64,000 nucleotides of DNA from an uncultured cyanobacterium (GTDB lineage Bacteria > Cyanobacteriota > Cyanobacteriia > Cyanobacteriales > Nostocaceae): positions 1,920,001 to 1,984,000 of the forward strand of contig CAVUDP010000002.1 in the NCBI GenBank assembly GCA_963740315.1, in the 5' to 3' direction. The number at the start of each line of letters is the position of its first letter. Position 1 is the first letter of the stretch. Shown here in pieces: positions 8,120 through 20,910 of the stretch. A model generated the notes under the pieces. It did no database searches and had not been told where the DNA came from. It saw only the letters and a program-made list of their open reading frames with translations. Both the position numbers and the translations under genes were made by a program.

Positions 8120-10354
8120 TTAACTGTTAAACCGATACATCATCACCTTAGCTTTGGCATCTTCCTCTACAAATACTAAATATTCGCCATTTTTACGTCG
8201 AAAAGCACGCACACCATAAGGTATATCAACCCAACCTGTTTCTCCGAAGACTTCCGCACCGGGTTTCAAAATCTTGACTTGTCTTCCCGTTTTCGCATCA
8301 TAAACATAAACTTCGGCTTTCTTCACGGTGACTGCAAAGACATAATCTCCCGCTATACTCATTGCTGCTGGATTCAATACTTCCGGAGGTGCGCTTTTAT
8401 CTACGGGAAGCACTATTCGATATTTTGGTTGACGATTTCCTTTGCTCCAGTTGTCGTAACGAGCGATTTCGGAGCCGATTAATTTCGCGTAATCGCTGTT
8501 AATTGCGGGATTATCTTCTGTATAACCGGATAAATACATGGTGTCGGTTTCGGGGAAATATTCGATTCTGCGTAAGTCACCAAATATTTTGGGATGGTTG
8601 ATTTTTTCCATCTTGCTGTAGCTGTAGATGGGGTTGCCGTTTTTATCCAATCCCTGTAACGGAAAATGACGAATCCCGACACCATCTTGAGTACGCAAAG
8701 TTTTCCAAATGTCGCCTTTACTATCTACCCACCATCCACCAATATAGGGATAATCTTCACTTTTTTCGTATTCGTTGCTTTCAAATTTACCGTTACCGTT
8801 TTTATCGCGCCAAATCCATTCACCGGATTTTGGTTGAAAGGGAGGAAAATCACCTCCGATAGCTTGTTTACCTTCTGGGTGAGTACCGACAAACATCCCT
8901 GAAGGTATGGCAATTTCACCATCGGTTTGTTTGTTGAAACGGTAGATTTGCAGCTTTCCACCGTACATATCTGTTAAATATAAAAAGGTTTTACCCTGAA
9001 TATGACGTACAAATGGCGCATCTGAGGGGATATGCAAGCGAGCATCTTGAGGATATTTGAAAGCGTTTAAAGTGTAGCCTTTGTAAGTTGCTTCCTTACC
9101 TGGTGGTTTGCTGTAATCCATTGCGAAGCGTTCGTTTTTGGTATATACATCCAAGCCGTTGGTTGCTGGATTGACATCAGCATTATCCAGAAATTGCAAT
9201 CCTAATAGCTTCCACTCTAATTTACCCGATGCAGAAAACTTGCGTAAATCTACTCCCGATCGCTCAAAACCATCGTTACTAACATAAATATTACCCCAAC
9301 TATCGCTACCAACTCCAGAAATACCGTAGAATTTTAAATCTTTAACTTCTCCTGGAATTCCCGCATAAATTCCACCTTTTTCACCAAATGTACCAATTTG
9401 TTTTGGTTTATTATTAATATCGTAAACTAAAATTTGCTGGCGAGATCCATTTTCTGCAACTAAAAGTCTACCGCGATTATCAACAGCAACTGCACTCGGT
9501 TTATTGAAATTAGAAATAACTCCCGGTAACTGTTTTCCTTGTTTTGAATAACTTACAACTTGATTATCTCGAATTATCCATAAATTACCTGTTTTATCTA
9601 CAGCAATGTTCCCAGGTTTTGCTAGATTAAAACTACGTAATTCCTGCATCGTATCGGTATTGTAGACGCGCACTTTATTAGCCGCACTATCGCTAACAAA
9701 TAACTCTGTGCCTACAGTTGCTAGTCCCGTTACTTCCGAATCGGTACTAACAATTAACATACTTTTATCCCACCCCTTCCCATTTGCAAAAGGTGCAGGT
9801 TTCCCAGTTAAATCGTAACGTCGTACACAATACCAATCCGTTCCTTTTGGCGGAAATCCATCTTTCTTTTGCTCGATCCCCGATTGCTTCATCGCCACAT
9901 ATATATATTTATTATCTGCTGCGATCGCAACTCCACCGTTTCTTCCCCATCCGTGTAAATCTTCTGCTTTACCAATTACATCCCCATTTCTATAAATCCC
10001 AACTTCTCTACCTGCTTCATCCCATTCACTATTCGTATAAATAGTTCCATCGGGAGCCACATACATCCCGCTAATTTGGATTTGTACCCATTTATCGCCA
10101 CCTCCAAAACTGTTACCAATCCACGAAGTTGTATAGCGAGTTGAAGAAGCAGCAGGGGTCATTTTTCCATCCAAATGAATTGCAACGATAATCGAAACAG
10201 CTATAGCAGCACTGAAGATTAACAAAAATTTCTCAGTTTTACGATATTTAATGTTGGTATTACTAAATAAGCTTTGAATATACGAATAAAATCTAAGCAA
10301 TTGCTTTTTTTGCTTCTGAGAGAATCTGTTCGTTTTTGCCAATAATTTATTCAT
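8120..10354 (-). CDS. Membrane-anchored/secreted beta-propeller (NHL-repeat-like) protein
   Basis: N-terminal TM helix; repeated PGNIAVDKTGNLWI / PSAVAVDNRGRLLVA / GVGSDSWGNIYVS. Confidence 0.8.
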   Translation of the reverse strand: MNKLLAKTNRFSQKQKKQLLRFYSYIQSLFSNTNIKYRKTEKFLLIFSAAIAVSIIVAIHLDGKMTPAASSTRYTTSWIGNSFGGGDKWVQIQISGMYVAPDGTIYTNSEWDEAGREVGIYRNGDVIGKAEDLHGWGRNGGVAIAADNKYIYVAMKQSGIEQKKDGFPPKGTDWYCVRRYDLTGKPAPFANGKGWDKSMLIVSTDSEVTGLATVGTELFVSDSAANKVRVYNTDTMQELRSFNLAKPGNIAVDKTGNLWIIRDNQVVSYSKQGKQLPGVISNFNKPSAVAVDNRGRLLVAENGSRQQILVYDINNKPKQIGTFGEKGGIYAGIPGEVKDLKFYGISGVGSDSWGNIYVSNDGFERSGVDLRKFSASGKLEWKLLGLQFLDNADVNPATNGLDVYTKNERFAMDYSKPPGKEATYKGYTLNAFKYPQDARLHIPSDAPFVRHIQGKTFLYLTDMYGGKLQIYRFNKQTDGEIAIPSGMFVGTHPEGKQAIGGDFPPFQPKSGEWIWRDKNGNGKFESNEYEKSEDYPYIGGWWVDSKGDIWKTLRTQDGVGIRHFPLQGLDKNGNPIYSYSKMEKINHPKIFGDLRRIEYFPETDTMYLSGYTEDNPAINSDYAKLIGSEIARYDNWSKGNRQPKYRIVLPVDKSAPPEVLNPAAMSIAGDYVFAVTVKKAEVYVYDAKTGRQVKILKPGAEVFGETGWVDIPYGVRAFRRKNGEYLVFVEEDAKAKVMMYRFNS

Positions 10355-11078
10355 AAGCTTCTTTATTTGTTGCTTTTTACCTATATATAATGTTATGTCT
10401 AATAGTATTTATCAAAAATATCGATAGAAAGGATAGATATTTGTTATATTAAGAATCTAGAATATATGGTTAACTAGTGAGGATAAATAGTCTTTATCAA
10501 TAAGACAAGTCAGAATTCATTAAATTGATTTCACATCTAATTTGATTTATATCTTATTTTATCTGATTAAAAAAATATGTGTTAAATATATAAAAATGAC
10601 AATAATTAAACATTTTATTATTCCAAATACCTTATACTTCAGATTAAGCCAAAGCTTTGTAATTCAGCTTTCATCAATAAGAATATAAGCAATTGCAAAG
10701 TTTGGATTTGTTTTACACAAAATTCATGAAATTAACACAAAAAATTCAAATAAATATTGATGATTTTCAAAATCAAATAGGAAGATAGATATTATTATCA
10801 ATACTTATAATTTTACGTGTCAAAAAATACATTTGATTCAGTATTAAAGTGTTTCTTTATACATTGGCTAAGGCTATAGAACGTAAATTCTTAATAGTTT
10901 ATATTGGTCTGAATCATCTTTAAGCACCATGTAGCATAATTTTCGATTCTCAGAAAAAATAGGTATAAACGAGTTAAAATTAGACGAATCATGTAGTTTC
11001 ACCTATATCTATAAATACTAAAAATACCAGAAACACAACTTCGAGTACATATTAAATTGAAAATTATAGGAAAATTTT

Positions 11079-12269
11079 ATGAGTTACATGGGAGCAGCAA
11101 AAGTGATATGTGATGAAAAAAACTATACATCGGTAAAACCTGCATCCATACTTTGCTTGGGTTTGGGCTGGTTTCCCAAAACTCCTGGTGGCTTGGAAAG
11201 GTACGTTTACGAACTTACGTTGAGATTGGCGAAGAATAAAGACCAAGTAGAATTATGTGGGGTAGGTTTACCCGATGATGCTAACCTCCCGATCGCAATG
11301 ACAAATTTAGCCGCACCAGACACTTCCATATTAAAAAGATTGTGGGCGGTAAGGAATAACTTTAAAAAAACCAGGATAACCAAGCCAGATGCAATAAACT
11401 TGCACTTTGCTTTATATAGCCTACCAATATTGGACTTATTACCAGCAGATGTGCCAATAACCTTCAATTTTCACGGTCCTTGGGCATCTGAGTCTTTAGA
11501 GGAAGGAGTTGATAGCATTACAGCTTTGCTGAAGAAATCTTTTGTAGAACAAAGAACTTATCGACGCTGCGATCGCTTCATAGTTCTGAGTAAAGCGTTC
11601 GGTAATATTCTGCATCAACAGTATCAAGTTCCTTGGGAGAAAATTCACGTAATCCCCGGTGGAGTTGATATTAATAGTTTTAAACCAGACTTATCAATTA
11701 TTGAAGCACGAAAAAAACTGGGATGGTCGGTAGAACGTCCTACAGTATTTACATCTCGGCGTTTAGTGCATCGCGTCGGACTTGATAAATTATTAATAGC
11801 CTTAGCTCAAATTAAACCAAAAATTCCCGATATATACTTGGCGATCGCCGGAAGAGGACCTTTACAAAATAGTTTGCAGCAACAAGTTATAGAATTAGGA
11901 CTTGAAGACAACGTTAATTTTTTAGGTTTCCTACCCGACGAACTTTTACCAGTTGCGTATCAAGCAGCAGATTTATCAATAATGCCTTCACAATCCTTTG
12001 AAGGTTTTGGGTTAGCCATAGTAGAATCTCTCGCTTGCGGTACTCCCGTCATCTGTACCCCCGTTGGTGGAATGCCGGAAATTCTCGAACCATTTTCACC
12101 CGATTTAATTACAGAGTCAATTGAAGTCAGCGCGATCGCGAAAAAATTAGAACAGGTATTTTTAGGTGAAATCACCAAACCCTCACGAAAAGAATGTCGC
12201 GAATATGCAGTTAATAACTTCGATTGGGACAAAATCGCTCAACAAGTGAGAAAAGTTATCTTAGCATGA
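11079..12269 (+). CDS. Glycosyltransferase family 4
   Basis: GGLERY; EGFGLAIVESLACGTPV (EX7E). Confidence 0.92.
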   Translation: MSYMGAAKVICDEKNYTSVKPASILCLGLGWFPKTPGGLERYVYELTLRLAKNKDQVELCGVGLPDDANLPIAMTNLAAPDTSILKRLWAVRNNFKKTRITKPDAINLHFALYSLPILDLLPADVPITFNFHGPWASESLEEGVDSITALLKKSFVEQRTYRRCDRFIVLSKAFGNILHQQYQVPWEKIHVIPGGVDINSFKPDLSIIEARKKLGWSVERPTVFTSRRLVHRVGLDKLLIALAQIKPKIPDIYLAIAGRGPLQNSLQQQVIELGLEDNVNFLGFLPDELLPVAYQAADLSIMPSQSFEGFGLAIVESLACGTPVICTPVGGMPEILEPFSPDLITESIEVSAIAKKLEQVFLGEITKPSRKECREYAVNNFDWDKIAQQVRKVILA

Positions 12270-12271
12270 AG

Positions 12272-12342
12272 GTTCGTAGTAAGGGCTTAAGCCCTTCAGA
12301 TTTAGAGTTAAATCCGGAACGAAGACAGCGCTCACTACGAAC
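12272..12342. repeat. REP-like palindrome GTTCGTAGT...ACTACGAAC
   Basis: Terminal IR; relatives at 41387 and 41594. Confidence 0.7.
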
Positions 12343-12420
12343 CCTGTAAAGTATCTCCCTTCATCTGGGGAATTTTCTTGTAACTATCTAATTTCAACTT
12401 AAAAACCTGACGGGGTATTG

Positions 12421-13287
12421 ATGATGAAGTTAAGCGTTATTATACCGTGTTTCAATGCAGCAGATACTATTGCAGTACAGCTAGAAGCATTAGCGCAACA
12501 AGAATGGTTAGAGCCGTGGGAAATTATTATTGCCGATAACGGTTCGACAGATGAAACAATAAACATTGTGCAAACCTATCAACAACGTTTGCCCAACTTA
12601 AAAATTGTCGATGCATCCAAAAAACGGGGAGCAGCCCACGCTCGTAATGTTGGTGCTAGCGTCGCAGAGTCTGAATCATTAGCTTTTTGCGATGCTGACG
12701 ATGAAGTCGCTCCCGGTTGGGTAGCAGCAATGGGTAAAGCTTTGTGCGAATATGACTTAGTAGGTGGACGAGACGAACACTACAAACTTAACGAACCTTG
12801 GTTAGTTAAAACTTTCGGATGTGAAAACGGTTTTGGAGTTGGTTTCGATCATCCATATTTACCATTAATAAGTGGGAATAACTTTGGTGTTAAACGTCAA
12901 CTTCATCAAGCCATCGGTGGTTTTGATGAAAATATCGCCATACTTGATGACGTTGATTATGGTTGGAGAATTCAACAGCAGGGAATTAAACCTCATGAAG
13001 TAGAAGATGCGTTAATTCATTTCCGGTTTCGCAACAGCATCAAAGATATTTGCAGTCGTGCTTGGAACATGGGTTGTCAAGAACCATTAATGTACAAAAA
13101 GCATCGACAAATGGGAATGCCTCAACTTATTTCATGGAAGACTATTATTAAAACAGTAGTAATGTTTCCCTTACGTTTCCTAACTCGAACCCGCGACAAA
13201 GGTACTTTAACACAAACCTTAATGGATTTAGCTTGGCGCGGAGGTCAATTACAAGGTTGCTTCAAATATAATTATTTACCTTGGTGA
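12421..13287 (+). CDS. Glycosyltransferase family 2
   Basis: SVIIPCFNA, DNGSTD, AFCDADD, GGFDE. Confidence 0.92.
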   Translation: MMKLSVIIPCFNAADTIAVQLEALAQQEWLEPWEIIIADNGSTDETINIVQTYQQRLPNLKIVDASKKRGAAHARNVGASVAESESLAFCDADDEVAPGWVAAMGKALCEYDLVGGRDEHYKLNEPWLVKTFGCENGFGVGFDHPYLPLISGNNFGVKRQLHQAIGGFDENIAILDDVDYGWRIQQQGIKPHEVEDALIHFRFRNSIKDICSRAWNMGCQEPLMYKKHRQMGMPQLISWKTIIKTVVMFPLRFLTRTRDKGTLTQTLMDLAWRGGQLQGCFKYNYLPW

Positions 13288-13305
13288 ACAATAGTCCTTT
13301 AAAAC

Positions 13306-14457
13306 ATGAAAATCTTATTTTTAGATCAAAGCGGTAAACCTGGCGGTGCTGAATTATGTTTAATCGATATTGCTAAACCTTATCAAAATGATTGCTTGGT
13401 AGGATTATTTGCGGATGGTTCTTTTAAGGATTTATTAGAAAAAAATCATATTCCGGTAACAGTTTTAACTAGTCAAGCTATACAAGTAAAAAAAGAAAGT
13501 TCTCTTAGTCAAGGATTGGCAAGTATTACTCAACTTGCACCTTTAATTACTAAAGTCGTAAAAATTGCCCGAAATTACGATTTAATCTACGCAAATACCC
13601 AAAAAGCATTAGTTGTAGGTGCGATCGCCAGCTTTTTTAGCAATCGTCCTCTAGTATTTCACCTACACGATATTCTTTCACCAGAACACTTTAGTCAAAC
13701 TAACCGTCGCATTTCAGTTACTTTAGCAAATCGTGCATCGTTAGTTATTGTTAATTCTCAAGCTAGTAAAAAAGCCTTTATCGAAGCAGGTGGGAAACCC
13801 GATAAAGTCGAGATCGTTTACAACGGTTTCGATCCCCAAAATTATGTAACTCAAGAATCTGAAATTAAGCAACTTAGAGAAAAATTAGAACTCGATGATA
13901 AATTTATCGTCGGACACTTCAGCCGTCTTGCACCTTGGAAGGGACAGCATATATTAATTGAAGCGATCGCAAAATGTCCGTCAGAAGTTACGGTAATCTT
14001 AGTTGGAGATGCTTTATTTGGCGAACAAGATTACGTCAAACAGCTACACCAGCAAATCGATCGATTACAACTCCAAAACCGAGTCAAATTTTTAGGTTTT
14101 CGTCACGATATTCCCCTTTTAATGGCAGCTTGCGATCTAGTTGCTCACACTTCCACTGCTCCCGAACCTTTTGGAAGAGTAATTGTAGAAGCCATGCTAT
14201 CGGGAACACCCGTAGTTGCAGCAGCATCCGGAGGTGCAGTTGAGTTAGTCACAGATGGTATAAACGGTTTTTTAGCGACTCCGGGAAATCCCCAGGAGCT
14301 TACCGAAGTTATCAACACCTGCCTATCTGACAAGCAAAAGACTGCCGCCATCGCGTCAACAGCCCGCAACACCGCCAGTCAAAGATTTAATGTAGCAAAT
14401 ATCGATCGGCAAATTGCTCAGTTACTTGGACAGTTACCAGTTACCAGTAACCAGTAA
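13306..14457 (+). CDS. Glycosyltransferase family 4
   Basis: GGAE; PEPFGRVIVEAMLSGTPV. Confidence 0.92.
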   Translation: MKILFLDQSGKPGGAELCLIDIAKPYQNDCLVGLFADGSFKDLLEKNHIPVTVLTSQAIQVKKESSLSQGLASITQLAPLITKVVKIARNYDLIYANTQKALVVGAIASFFSNRPLVFHLHDILSPEHFSQTNRRISVTLANRASLVIVNSQASKKAFIEAGGKPDKVEIVYNGFDPQNYVTQESEIKQLREKLELDDKFIVGHFSRLAPWKGQHILIEAIAKCPSEVTVILVGDALFGEQDYVKQLHQQIDRLQLQNRVKFLGFRHDIPLLMAACDLVAHTSTAPEPFGRVIVEAMLSGTPVVAAASGGAVELVTDGINGFLATPGNPQELTEVINTCLSDKQKTAAIASTARNTASQRFNVANIDRQIAQLLGQLPVTSNQ

Positions 14458-14580
14458 CCAGTTAGGAGTAATTAAGGTTAAAGGTTAAAGGTTAAAGGTT
14501 AAAGGTCTTTTTATCCCCATCTCCTTGTCCCCCCATCTCCTTGTCTCCCCATCCCCCCATCCCCCCATCCCCTTGTCTCC

Positions 14581-14907
14581 TCACGCTGCTTCCCGCAACT
14601 GAGGCTTTTGCGATGTTTCTGTAAACGAAAACTGTAACTGTTCTGCAACGGGAGCAATTTCATGCTGCAAAACTTCTACATCTATATTTACGCTAATCAA
14701 ATAATTACCCGCATCAGCATCAACTGCTTCAGCGATTAAGTTGGCAATATCTGGACGTTTGGAACTAAGCACGTCACGCAAAATACATTTATCCCATTCG
14801 TGCTTGGCTGTAGGGTTGATACTCAGAATAAAGTGCTTAACCATAGGACAAATTTTATTTATTTTCTCGAAGGCTGCTATATCGGCATTTTCTCTATTAT
14901 AGTTCAT
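14581..14907 (-). CDS. Hypothetical protein
   Basis: 108 aa ORF in an otherwise non-coding gap; start uncertain. Confidence 0.6.
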   Translation of the reverse strand: MNYNRENADIAAFEKINKICPMVKHFILSINPTAKHEWDKCILRDVLSSKRPDIANLIAEAVDADAGNYLISVNIDVEVLQHEIAPVAEQLQFSFTETSQKPQLREAA

Positions 14908-15245
14908 TAGTACTATTTAGCCAATATTTCTTCAGGAGTAGGTAAAAATCGAGCGAGAAAATAGAAGATTTCAGCTAAAACTCTTCTTATGACTTGCTTC
15001 TTCGCAAATTATCAAGACTGGCGACTAAAACAAAGCTTGTTGCTAAAGTATGAGACGAGTTTATTCCTACGGTGAGAGCAAAGACAAAACAATAACATCT
15101 ATTGTGTTTATTAGTGGTCCTTGGGTTGTGGCTCACACAATTAAAAGTGCTTTTGACTAGCGCCATTCCCATTCCTCAGTCCTTGGATTAGCTGATTTCG
15201 TCGAAAGTATCGTTTTTATTGTTGAAACCTCAAAGGAAAATTACC

Positions 15246-15548
15246 ATGAAGCTTACCAATTTATCTAAAACTCTCTGTGCTAGCGCTTTTGCTGTTAGTG
15301 TAGCTGCTTTACCTTTATCCCTTCCTGCATCTGCTCAGACAGATCAAACAAATCCTGTAGGTGTAGATACTAATAGAACAATCGCCGTTGAAGAAAATGA
15401 CGGTTTTGATTGGGGATGGTTAGGCTTATTAGGTTTGCTTGGACTAGCAGGATTAGGAGGTCGTAACAAGCGTAATGATACAGTAGCTTATCGCGACCCT
15501 AACGATGTTACCGGAACTGGTACTACAGGAACATCCACCAGATATTAA
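15246..15548 (+). CDS. WGxxGxxG-CTERM small exported protein
   Basis: Signal peptide ending PASA; DWGWLGLLGLLGLAGL motif. Confidence 0.88.
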   Translation: MKLTNLSKTLCASAFAVSVAALPLSLPASAQTDQTNPVGVDTNRTIAVEENDGFDWGWLGLLGLLGLAGLGGRNKRNDTVAYRDPNDVTGTGTTGTSTRY

Positions 15549-15566
15549 GTTACTAATAATATGCTG

Positions 15567-15602
15567 AGGGGGAATCAATTGTCTAAAATTGATTCCCCTT
15601 TT
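15567..15602. terminator. Intrinsic terminator hairpin
   Basis: GGGGAATCAATT...AATTGATTCCCC + T run between convergent genes. Confidence 0.75.
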
Positions 15603-15735
15603 GAATAGAGCAGAGGAAGCAGAGGAAGCAGAGGAAGCAGAGGGAGCAGAGGAAGTAAAAAGATTTTAATAATTGATAACTCACTGCTAACTGCTCACTG
15701 CTAACTGCTAACTGCTAACTGCTCACTGATAACTG

Positions 15736-17331
15736 TTAATTGTTCATTGAATTGAGCCAAACAGATTGTTGTAATACGGGAATACTTATTCCAGCTTTAT
15801 CGAAAGCAACTTTGAGACGACGACGGAATTCTCTGGCTACATCCCATTGTTTGAGAGGTTGGGTTTTAATCCAGATGCGAACCACTAAACCGCGATCGCC
15901 AAAGTTATCGACTCCTAAAACTTCAGGTGGTTCGATAATTTGATGTTCCCATCGCGTATCTTTATCCATTTCTAAACCAACAGTTTCAATTAGCTTCAAA
16001 ACTTGGTCAATATCCATTTGATAAGCGATCGGGATCGTCAAATCGGCACGGGACCAACGACTTGAAAGGTTAGCAACTATTTTTATTTCACTATTGGGAA
16101 TCGTAATTAAACGTCCTTCGGCATCGCGTACCTGCGTTATCCGTAAGTTGAGATTTTCTACCAATCCCCCCACGTCACCGACATTAATTACGTCACCCAA
16201 AGCGTACTGATCTTCTACAATAATTAAAAAGCCGTTGATTGCATCTTTAATCAAGCTTTGAGAAGCTAGGGAAAGAGCAACACCGATCAAACTTACACCA
16301 GCTAATAAAGGAACGATATCTATTCCTAAAGCCGTCAGCGCTACCAAAACACCGATTGCCAGCCAAACAAGAGTAATTATACTTTTTGATACACCAGAAA
16401 AAGTAGAAACTCGTAGTTGCAGTCTTTCGGAAGTTTCTGGAGTTATTAAAGTACTGCTGCGGACGAAAGCAGTTGTAAAGCGGTCAATTAATAGATAGGT
16501 GAGGCGAATTGCTACATAAGTTCCCAGTCCTACAATACCCAACCTTAAAGGAATTCGTATAGCTGCGATAATTCCGACTTCAATTGCTCGCGTGTAAGGA
16601 AACAAACTCAGTATTAATAAACTTCCGCCAGTCCAGATTACAGCCTGAGTTAGCTGAAAAAAACGTCGTTTGACTTCTAAAATATGCCGATTTTGCTGAT
16701 GGCTCAGTTGTGTTGTAATCGGTTTAGCCACTCGTACATCTGAAGTAGGCGGCTTTAACATGAAATTCCGTTTGGAACGACGGGATAAGTGCCAAACTCC
16801 CCAACTCATTAAAATCATTCCCCCGCCAATAGCTGCGGCTATCTTGGTTTGATTGATAATAAATTCAGGTCGTCGCTCCAGCTTGGCTTGTTTTAAACTG
16901 TCGTTGATATCTTGCTTCAAATTCAAAGCCAAAATTTGAGGCTGAACCTGTCGCAACTTTGCATCTTCTTGGGTGACAGTTAAAAGATATTGCCCGTTGA
17001 CATAAATTACTGGTAATCCATTTTGAGACTGAACCTCAATATTAAGCTTGGCATCATTCGAGCGGAGGTAATTTTTGCTAATTTCAGCCAGCTTTTGATT
17101 TATATCTCGCGATCGCTCATTAATACTTGCTCTTGGAGCAGCTATTTGAAACAAACGACGACCATCTAAATAAATCCAACTACTAACTACTTTGTTTTCT
17201 AAATCTCTAATATCTAACGAAGGTGTTTGTACTTGAGGTACAAAGGGAATCTGTGCCATGCCGACTTTGGCATCAATCCCCACAATTATTAATAACGAAC
17301 ATAAAGCAATAACAATAAATCGATAGCGCAA
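15736..17331 (-). CDS. MscS-family mechanosensitive channel
   Basis: AGVSLIGVALSLASQSLIKDAING, EDQYALGDVI, ITIPNSEI. Confidence 0.92.
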   Translation of the reverse strand: MRYRFIVIALCSLLIIVGIDAKVGMAQIPFVPQVQTPSLDIRDLENKVVSSWIYLDGRRLFQIAAPRASINERSRDINQKLAEISKNYLRSNDAKLNIEVQSQNGLPVIYVNGQYLLTVTQEDAKLRQVQPQILALNLKQDINDSLKQAKLERRPEFIINQTKIAAAIGGGMILMSWGVWHLSRRSKRNFMLKPPTSDVRVAKPITTQLSHQQNRHILEVKRRFFQLTQAVIWTGGSLLILSLFPYTRAIEVGIIAAIRIPLRLGIVGLGTYVAIRLTYLLIDRFTTAFVRSSTLITPETSERLQLRVSTFSGVSKSIITLVWLAIGVLVALTALGIDIVPLLAGVSLIGVALSLASQSLIKDAINGFLIIVEDQYALGDVINVGDVGGLVENLNLRITQVRDAEGRLITIPNSEIKIVANLSSRWSRADLTIPIAYQMDIDQVLKLIETVGLEMDKDTRWEHQIIEPPEVLGVDNFGDRGLVVRIWIKTQPLKQWDVAREFRRRLKVAFDKAGISIPVLQQSVWLNSMNN

Positions 17332-17445
17332 TGTATATATACCTCCTTTTCTTGTTTGGAGTTAGCTGACACCGATTCTGACAAATAGTTTCTGCAAATG
17401 TACCTACCGTTAGGCAAGTTTTAACCCAAATTGGTATAAATTTTT

Positions 17446-17559
17446 CTCCCCCCTCTTCCCTATCTCCCCCTCTCCCCCTCTCCCCATCTCCCCCTCTCCC
17501 CATCTCCCCATCTCCCCCTCTCCCCCTCTCCCCATCTCCCCCTCTCCCACATCTCCCCC
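17446..17559. repeat. STRR (TCCCCCTC/TCCCCATC)n
   Basis: Tandem 8-mers. Confidence 0.9.
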
Positions 17560-17660
17560 TCGGTTGACATTTTCGCTATCAAACGGGATATTGTGCAAAG
17601 AACCATATGGCATTTACAGTTTGAGATATAGATCATGCTTATTTGCCAGACTTGTTCTAA

Positions 17661-18995
<1,335 letters not shown>

Positions 18996-19042
18996 TTTCA
19001 TTCCAAGTTGAGATAAAATTTTCACTTTGACTTTTTTAATTG

Positions 19043-19071
19043 GATGGGCTATAATGCCCATCTTTTTTTTT
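19043..19071 (+). terminator. Intrinsic terminator of ahcY
   Basis: GATGGGC-TATAAT-GCCCATC followed by a T run. Confidence 0.8.
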
Positions 19072-19278
19072 GGCTAAGCAATATTACTTGTATTAAATTG
19101 CTGAAAAATAAAATTTGTTTTTCATAAAAAGTTTATTTTAGGTTAAAAATTCCGTAAACACACTACTAATTGTTGTATAGAAAACAGTGAATACATTTAT
19201 ATCTACTTTCTTTAACACAAATGAATATCGAAAGTTGGTACGATAATATACATTTACTTGTTATTTACAGAAGACCTT

Positions 19279-19764
19279 ATGAATCTAAATCTTGTAAAAA
19301 TCGGCAATTTTTTAGCAACATCATCTAATATCATTGCCAATCGCCATTTAAGCGAGTTCTGGTTTTGCAATATGCCTGAAGTTGAAATTGAACTTGAAGA
19401 TTTGCAAAAAGCCGTTATTCATTTACAAGATGCTGTAGATGTGATGAAGCCATTAGAAAATGCTGATAAGGTTGAAATACATGATTTCACCACTGTATTT
19501 TTATTTTTAGAATCAGCAAAAGATGCATTATTTCGAGCCAGCATTCCGAATGCAGCCTTTTCTATGGATAAAGTTATCAAAAATATTAGAGCAGCCTGTA
19601 AAACAAAATCGGAAAAACAGCAGAAAAGGTTGATTGCAGGAGTATTAGATGCTTTAAATCGGGTTTTGGACTCGATAGAAAAATCAATAGCTAATGTTGT
19701 AACGCCTATAATTACCCACATGAGTTACGAACAATTATTAACTAGGCTTGCAGCTTATTCATAG
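19279..19764 (+). CDS. Hypothetical helical protein
   Basis: ~160 aa ORF, no recognised motif. Confidence 0.6.
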   Translation: MNLNLVKIGNFLATSSNIIANRHLSEFWFCNMPEVEIELEDLQKAVIHLQDAVDVMKPLENADKVEIHDFTTVFLFLESAKDALFRASIPNAAFSMDKVIKNIRAACKTKSEKQQKRLIAGVLDALNRVLDSIEKSIANVVTPIITHMSYEQLLTRLAAYS

Positions 19765-20418
19765 TCAAACTGCTACCACATGGAATAGCTTCAAAAAACT
19801 TCATCATAGTTTGATAGTTTGGGTGAGGTATTGCTGCCAGTTTGGCATTATTCGTATTGGATTTCTCTTTAAAGTAAATATTAATTGTCTCCTTTTTTCC
19901 TCCTCTACCTCTTGAAACAAGGGGCATTCCCGAAACAAAAGGAATAACAAAAGGAGCAAGTAGAAAAGCCAACCAAACCCTAAAAAAACCGGAACTGATT
20001 TATTCGCGGGCTATGTATCTTTTCGTTTGGTGAAATACGCGAACTCTAAAATTCAGACCGAAAATTTCTTATCCTGTTAGATTAGAGTAGAAAGTATAAC
20101 ATCTGAAGCGAACCCCACAAATCGTTCCGGAGGCTTAAAATGAAAAAGAGTCGGGAGCAACACCTTTGTATCTCACTTGCTGGCAACTGTTTATTTTTCT
20201 CTAAAAAAACAAAAACTACATAGATAACTGTGGGATTTTCGTGTTCGCAAGTTGGAACCAAAATTCAAGAAGTTTATTGTAAATAAATAGTAAAATAAAC
20301 TTTTCTTTCCAGAAAGTAAGAGTTAATCTCTTACAATTAGAATTTTAAAGTCCCGTTTTTCTTATCCCTTACTTGCTCATATCATAAAGGTAAACTTAAT
20401 TTTAACTGCCCAGAACTG

Positions 20419-20910
20419 ATGTTTAAAATCCCAAATTCTAAAAACTTGGCTACTCCATTAGATTATAAAGGAGTTTACCCTTGTCCGGTGTGTCGGGTAG
20501 GAAAAGTTCAAAATATGCCTTTAATGGAGGCAATGTCTTGTGATTTTTGCCATCAAATTTTTACCGTCAACTTAGAACAACAACAACTGAAAATGCCTTC
20601 GCGGGAACCTCCCTTAGTTTGGCGGTGGAAAGGATTTTACTGGACGGAAGCTCATTTAGAAGGAGTTGAATTTGGCTGGGGTTATATATTAGCAACAGTT
20701 GCTTTTGTGTTACTTCCTACTAGTTTAATAGGATTAGTTGCTTATAATTTTCCCCCAGATCCAAATGCTCCTTTATCTTGGGTTCCCTATATTTGGACGC
20801 TACTAACATTTTTTTCTCATTTAACAATTATTATTTGGCTGTTCATAGAGGTTTACCAAATTCCAATTCAAGCCTATTTTAGAGCTTTAAAACAGCGTTT
20901 TGTTAGTTAA
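20419..20910 (+). CDS. Zinc-ribbon + two-TM cyanobacterial hypothetical protein
   Basis: CPVC...CDFC, two hydrophobic helices. Confidence 0.8.
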   Translation: MFKIPNSKNLATPLDYKGVYPCPVCRVGKVQNMPLMEAMSCDFCHQIFTVNLEQQQLKMPSREPPLVWRWKGFYWTEAHLEGVEFGWGYILATVAFVLLPTSLIGLVAYNFPPDPNAPLSWVPYIWTLLTFFSHLTIIIWLFIEVYQIPIQAYFRALKQRFVS

